From Candidatus Poribacteria bacterium (lineage in GTDB: Bacteria > Poribacteria > WGA-4E > PCPOR2b), in the NCBI GenBank assembly GCA_965116925.1, contig OZ220744.1, positions 2,240,001 through 2,304,000 of the forward strand: 64,000 nucleotides of DNA. The letters run 5' to 3'. The notes beneath the pieces are model-generated. The model was not told the DNA's origin, searched no databases, and saw nothing but the letters and a program-made list of their open reading frames with translations. The translations under genes were made by a program, and so were the position numbers. Positions 59,345 to 64,000 of the stretch are shown here, piece by piece (within the stretch, counting starts at the first letter, position 1; each line of letters begins with the position of its first letter).

Positions 59345-60424
59345 CTAAATCGGCTGCTGCCGTAGATCGATCTCTTTCTTCTGTTCGGCAGATTGGTACA
59401 TCGCCTCGGTGATGCGGGCGACGGTCAGACCGATTGCGCCGGTATCAATCATATCAACACGCCCTAACAAGCTCCAGACAACATGCTGCTGTGGATTGTC
59501 GTAACCCGCTCCCGTGTATCCGAGGGAGCGCATCCGCCTTTCGTAGCCGTCGATATCAAAGGTTACATCTGCATCCATGTCGTAAAGGTCGGTGTAAAAG
59601 GTAAACGGGTTTAGCTTGAGTCCGCCCTTTGAACCCATGATGCGATCGCCCTCACCGCCATCCATGTTGGCTGCCCACGCCTCTTCGACAAACATGGTAA
59701 TCCCACCTGCGAGACGAACAAAACCGGTGCCGAGTTCCTCGACATCGTAGCCGCTGTCTTCTCTGCGTTCCTTGTCCATATCAAGTTCCTGGAAGGTAGA
59801 GGCGGTTACAGTTTCGATTTCGGGATTATCAAGTATATAAACCATGCGTGCCATGTTATAAATTGCTGTGTCCAACAGTGTACCGCCCCCGGCTGTCTCT
59901 TTTTGGACGAAATGAGGGGTGGCATAGCCATCAACATAGGGGCGCCCACGACGGCGGTAGTGGCTTGTCTTGACATAGTAAACGTTGCCAAGCGCATCTA
60001 CTTTGATGAGGTATTTGGCTATCTGTGTTTCTTTGGTAAAGACCGTTGCCATTTGTACTGACAGCTTTTTCCCTGTTCTCTGTGCAGTTTCATACATCGC
60101 GATCGCTTCTGGACCTGTTTTTGCCATCGGCTTTTCGCAGTAGACGTGCTTTCCGGCTTCGAGTGCCGCGATTGTGACTGGGGCGTGCAGGAAGTTGGGC
60201 AGACAGACATCCACGCTATCAATTTCGTCAATTTTCAGCAGGTCGCGATAATCGGAAAAGACGTGCGGAATGCCGTGCTCTTGCGCGACCCGTTGTGCTT
60301 CGGATTCATCGATGTCTGCGACGGCAACCATTTCGACATCGTTAGGCATAGACTGATAGCCTCGGACATGGCTTTTGCCGATAATTCCGGTGCCAATAAT
60401 GCCGACCTTGAGTTTATCTGACAT
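59345..60424 (-). CDS. Gfo/Idh/MocA family oxidoreductase
   Basis: IIGTGIIG, HVYCEKPMA and GGGTLLD motifs. Confidence 0.92.
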   Translation of the reverse strand: MSDKLKVGIIGTGIIGKSHVRGYQSMPNDVEMVAVADIDESEAQRVAQEHGIPHVFSDYRDLLKIDEIDSVDVCLPNFLHAPVTIAALEAGKHVYCEKPMAKTGPEAIAMYETAQRTGKKLSVQMATVFTKETQIAKYLIKVDALGNVYYVKTSHYRRRGRPYVDGYATPHFVQKETAGGGTLLDTAIYNMARMVYILDNPEIETVTASTFQELDMDKERREDSGYDVEELGTGFVRLAGGITMFVEEAWAANMDGGEGDRIMGSKGGLKLNPFTFYTDLYDMDADVTFDIDGYERRMRSLGYTGAGYDNPQQHVVWSLLGRVDMIDTGAIGLTVARITEAMYQSAEQKKEIDLRQQPI

Positions 60425-60487
60425 GGTTTTCTCCTGAGAGTGGATAAGATGTGAGGAGTGAAACGTAAAGGGGTTCCCTGCTTCGGT

Positions 60488-61480
60488 CTACTCCTCTAAA
60501 ATTGCGTTTCGTGTGCGTTCAAAGATTTCGATAGCGTATTCCAGATGTGCTTGCGACATGATGTTGAACGAAATCCCATATTTCTTGGGCGTTACGTCGG
60601 GGAGGTTCGATCGGCACTCGGCGATGTGTCTCGGTGTAAAATCTCCGTGGGCATCGATTCGGAAGTGGTTCGCTCGTTTTGAGGGATATGACCCCATCCA
60701 CCACCTGCCTCCGATTGTCATGCGGATCTGGGCAATCCGTGGACGAAGAATCGCCCCGCAGGACTCCACGTAATCGAAGAATTGCCGAGCCAGTTGATGA
60801 AGTTCTTGGTTCTCGGTCAGTGTAGCGAGGAAACGTTCGCGGGTTAGAAATTGCCGGGGTGTGTATTGATAGTTGGCGCGGGATTCCTCAATGACAGAGT
60901 TGCCGAGTATTGTCTTTGTTGCAATCAGGATTTCATCGGGTGCTTGGTAGGAGAAGTAGGAGATGTAGGTCAGGTCAATGCCGACGCGTCGTAGGTATTC
61001 GGCGATGTCAAGGACACGCACATCCACCCCTTCGGAGACGAGAACCATCCGCTGCCTGCGATTGAAGGCAGACGTCCTCATAGCACCGAGTTCATAGCCG
61101 AAGAACCCACTGTGCAACGCCAACAGGGAGGTAAACTCGCGTCCTTGTCCTTGAAACCAGCGTCCGGCAAAACGTTCGAGATCTGCGAAGGAGAATTTAG
61201 CGACAGCTGCGGCGTATTCCAGGATCTGTGCAATCGCTGCGCGGGAGGCTCTGCCCCGCTTGAGTTCGATGACGATGGAATTTCCCTGACGATCGAGTGC
61301 GAGGAGATCCACTTTTTGAGATTTTCCGATGGGGACTTGTCGGCTGATGATGCAGATGCGCTCATTTCCTAGAAGCAGGTTGGGATCTTGCTCAAGCAGA
61401 TCTTCTAGATCGCGCTCTTCTTCAAAGCGCATCGGATCCAGTTGTCGAAAGCCCTTTCCTTCCCATCGGTAGATTTCCAT
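60488..61480 (-). CDS. NucS-like PD-(D/E)XK nuclease domain protein
   Basis: EERDLE..VDLLALDRQGNSIVIELKRG..QILEYA. Confidence 0.75.
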   Translation of the reverse strand: MEIYRWEGKGFRQLDPMRFEEERDLEDLLEQDPNLLLGNERICIISRQVPIGKSQKVDLLALDRQGNSIVIELKRGRASRAAIAQILEYAAAVAKFSFADLERFAGRWFQGQGREFTSLLALHSGFFGYELGAMRTSAFNRRQRMVLVSEGVDVRVLDIAEYLRRVGIDLTYISYFSYQAPDEILIATKTILGNSVIEESRANYQYTPRQFLTRERFLATLTENQELHQLARQFFDYVESCGAILRPRIAQIRMTIGGRWWMGSYPSKRANHFRIDAHGDFTPRHIAECRSNLPDVTPKKYGISFNIMSQAHLEYAIEIFERTRNAILEE

Positions 61481-61498
61481 TGAACTCTCCTTTCATGT

Positions 61499-62485
61499 TC
61501 AGGGGATTTTTCGCAGGCGAGTATTTGACAGGATAATCTCTATCATCAACAGGAGTGTTGCGAGGATTAGGGGGTACGCGGCGAGTTCCTTATAACGGGT
61601 GTATTCCATGACCTCAATTTTCGTTGTTTCAAGTTGATTAATCTCTTGATAAATCTCGGCGAGTTTCTGATTATCGGTTGCCCGAAAATAGCGTCCGTCT
61701 GTAATCTCTGCGATCTGTTTAAGCGTTTCTTCATCAACATAGGTGCGATTCGGGCTATACTGTAGCCCGAAAATCGGATCACGGTATGGAATGAATGCGC
61801 CACCTTCTTTTCCCATACCGATAGTATACACCTTGATGTCAAGTGCTTTGGCAGCCTGGGCAGCGGTCAATGGGTCAATGGTTCCGGCGTTATTCTCCCC
61901 ATCGGTAAGCAAAATCGCAATTTTGCTTTTGGCTGTTGAATGACGCAATCTATTGGTCGCATTGGCAAGGGCATCTCCGATAGCAGTACCATCCTCAAGC
62001 ATACCGATTTCGACATTGAGGAGCAGGTTTGCAAGGACCCGGTAATCGAGCGTGAGGGGGCACTGTGTGAAACTTTCACCGGCGAAAACAACCAATCCGA
62101 TGTGGTCATTCTTTCGATCATCTAGAAAGTCGTGGATGACTGCTTTTGCTGCGTGCAAGCGATTATCAGGCTTGAAGTCTTCGGCTCGCATACTTCCAGA
62201 AATGTCGAGGATTAGCAGAATATCAATGCCTTCAGAAGTAATCTGTTGACGACTGTGGGACGATTGTGGACGTGCAAGTGCAAAAATCATTAAGACAATA
62301 ACAAAAAATCGCGCAAAATTTAGGGCAGGCAGGCATCGGACCCAAAAGCTAGGCGCGATCTGGCGACTGATACTGAGATCTGAAAAGCGGATTCGACCGT
62401 TGTTTTTTTGACTTAGATACCAAAGGAGGAACGGCAGAAGCAGTAGTAAGCAGAGAAATCCGGGATGGTCCAATCGCAAGAGCAC
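61499..62485 (-). CDS. vWA domain protein (BatA-like)
   Basis: ALARPQ, DISGSM (MIDAS), GTAIGDAL and LTDGENN motifs. Confidence 0.9.
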   Translation of the reverse strand: MLLRLDHPGFLCLLLLLPFLLWYLSQKNNGRIRFSDLSISRQIAPSFWVRCLPALNFARFFVIVLMIFALARPQSSHSRQQITSEGIDILLILDISGSMRAEDFKPDNRLHAAKAVIHDFLDDRKNDHIGLVVFAGESFTQCPLTLDYRVLANLLLNVEIGMLEDGTAIGDALANATNRLRHSTAKSKIAILLTDGENNAGTIDPLTAAQAAKALDIKVYTIGMGKEGGAFIPYRDPIFGLQYSPNRTYVDEETLKQIAEITDGRYFRATDNQKLAEIYQEINQLETTKIEVMEYTRYKELAAYPLILATLLLMIEIILSNTRLRKIP

Positions 62486-62532
62486 ACCTCAAACTTGTGT
62501 TGGTTCATTCGTTCATTGGTTCATTGGTGCAA

Positions 62533-62687
62533 TTATGGTGAATTCTAAAAATAAATAGACACTTTCGCCTCCCGGTAGGTGCGGTTTGTAACCGCACCGC
62601 ATAGGTGTTGTGGTCGGTTGAAACGGCGCAGTTAGAAACAGCGCCTACCGAACAGGAGTGTCTCATTAATTCTAAGATCCACTATAA
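62533..62687. mobile_element. MITE (TATAGTG family), inverted copy
   Basis: TTATGGTGAATTCTAAAAATAAATAGACAC...TAATTCTAAGATCCACTATAA. Confidence 0.75.
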
Positions 62688-62731
62688 TGAGTTTTTGCAC
62701 AAGGTTTATGTTAAGAAATCGTGCAAAGATA

Positions 62732-63754
62732 TTATCGGCGATACTGTGGAGGAGCATATTCCCCGCGTTGGCTATTTCCAGAACGAGTCGGTTTCTGACC
62801 AAACAGGGTTCGGAGGCTAACGCCGATCCCGATAGTGCTTGCGATAATGAAAGTTGGAATACTTAGGTAGGGAATCACCGTTGCCATTCGGTAAATCCAG
62901 TATCCGGCAACGACCGCAACAACATTTGATTGTTGTGGGAAGATTGTGCCGCCAATCGAGAGAAAAATTGCAGTTTTCCCGTAAATTGCTATTGGCAACA
63001 AGAGGGCCCCTAACAGCATTGCGAACGGGATACCTGCAATCGAGAGAATGAGTAGGATTGACAAATAAGGCACAATTATCAGAACGATCAATCCGAGGAG
63101 TGTGCTTCCAATCGGACGATGGGAAATGGTAGATGCCATATTGTTGATCTGTTGTGGAAATATCAGCACGAGTAGCAGATGGATGAGTGTCAATGTGATG
63201 AAGGTCATCAGTTCCCAACCAAACCATGCGTATTGTCGATCGCCCCATACTTCTTTTGGTATTCCTTCCATCATTAACGAAGCGGCTGTGGTTGCCAATT
63301 TCAAACCGTTAATTTCTTCGTAGACATCGGTTTCATGCTTGGTATTGCTGCGTAAACTTTCTTTACCGATAATTTCGCCCAAAACCACTGTGACTTTACC
63401 TGTGATTTGCGCGCCTGGTTCAATTTTAACATTTCCACCAAATAGAAAGACATAGCCCTTTACGCGCCCTTGAATCTTTGCATCTCCGGCGATTAAAATA
63501 ATATCATTAACAACTTCTGTCTTTGCGATATTGACCCTGCCACCCATTTGCACAATTCGGGATACATCTTCTGGATCGGTTGACAGGGTTGCTTTCTTAG
63601 GTGGGGAAGCTTTTACTGGTTCGATTGGGCTGGGTTGTTCTGCCTGCTCGTCGGAATTTATCTCGCTGCCTTCAATTTGGGCGATAACGGAATGGGAGGT
63701 GAGTGTTCCAAGGCTGAGATACAGGATTAGAGCTAAATAGACTATTTTTCTCAT
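62732..63754 (-). CDS. membrane protein with a bactofilin-like beta-helix and C-terminal TM helices
   Basis: Signal peptide, GG.V.I..G.V.G repeats and about five C-terminal TM segments. Confidence 0.65.
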   Translation of the reverse strand: MRKIVYLALILYLSLGTLTSHSVIAQIEGSEINSDEQAEQPSPIEPVKASPPKKATLSTDPEDVSRIVQMGGRVNIAKTEVVNDIILIAGDAKIQGRVKGYVFLFGGNVKIEPGAQITGKVTVVLGEIIGKESLRSNTKHETDVYEEINGLKLATTAASLMMEGIPKEVWGDRQYAWFGWELMTFITLTLIHLLLVLIFPQQINNMASTISHRPIGSTLLGLIVLIIVPYLSILLILSIAGIPFAMLLGALLLPIAIYGKTAIFLSIGGTIFPQQSNVVAVVAGYWIYRMATVIPYLSIPTFIIASTIGIGVSLRTLFGQKPTRSGNSQRGEYAPPQYRR

Positions 63755-64000
63755 TGAAGGACCTCAGGGGGGAAGGATGATATAATAGATATAATATGTT
63801 TTTGAACACTGTTTTCGATATGTATTAACCTAAGTTTGAACCTAAGAAAGGGTAGGCTGCGGATAATGTGTTTCTTCACCGATTTCTCGGTGTGATGTTT
63901 CACGCTGCGGAAAGATGACCTTGATTAACAATTCAGAGTTGGTCAGATATAGGTCGAAACGTAGATTATATATGTATGTCAGGCGAAATGACAATTGTTA

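Noticed and set aside
63780..64000. Partial CDS at the right edge
   Set aside because: No convincing open frame or recognisable motif.
1..64000. tRNA/rRNA genes and the many short antisense ORFs in the track
   Set aside because: No cloverleaf or rRNA signature was seen by eye. The short ORFs overlap well-supported genes or repeats.

Overview
Bacterial chromosomal window. The gene content and dense intergenic repeat families resemble Candidatus Poribacteria, but this is an inference. From left to right: (1) a duplicated pair of ABC-2-type permease genes, each unit behind a sigma-54-type promoter, plus an ECF sigma factor; (2) the rpsB-tsf-frr-cdsA-dxr-rseP cluster, lacking pyrH and uppS, followed by pgi/pmi, udg and a frameshifted priA; (3) an AT-rich patch with two exported proteins and an intact IS4/IS701-like element (19-bp TIR, 9-bp TSD); (4) assorted catabolic genes and a displaced ispG; (5) a ~10-kb defence island; (6) an oligopeptide-type ABC transporter with phnX and Gfo/Idh/MocA oxidoreductases; (7) NucS-like, vWA/BatA and membrane protein genes. 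The most notable element is the defence island (37.8-47.5 kb). It looks like an Ssp-type DNA phosphorothioation operon (sspD-sspB-sspC) in which sspB is reduced to a 3' stub. The space between sspD and that stub holds two phosphorothioate-dependent SBD-HNH nucleases (each preceded by an sspD-like 3' tail), a TIGR02391 protein and a TIR protein. No rRNA, tRNA or CRISPR array was found. All family assignments come from motif recognition, not database searches.
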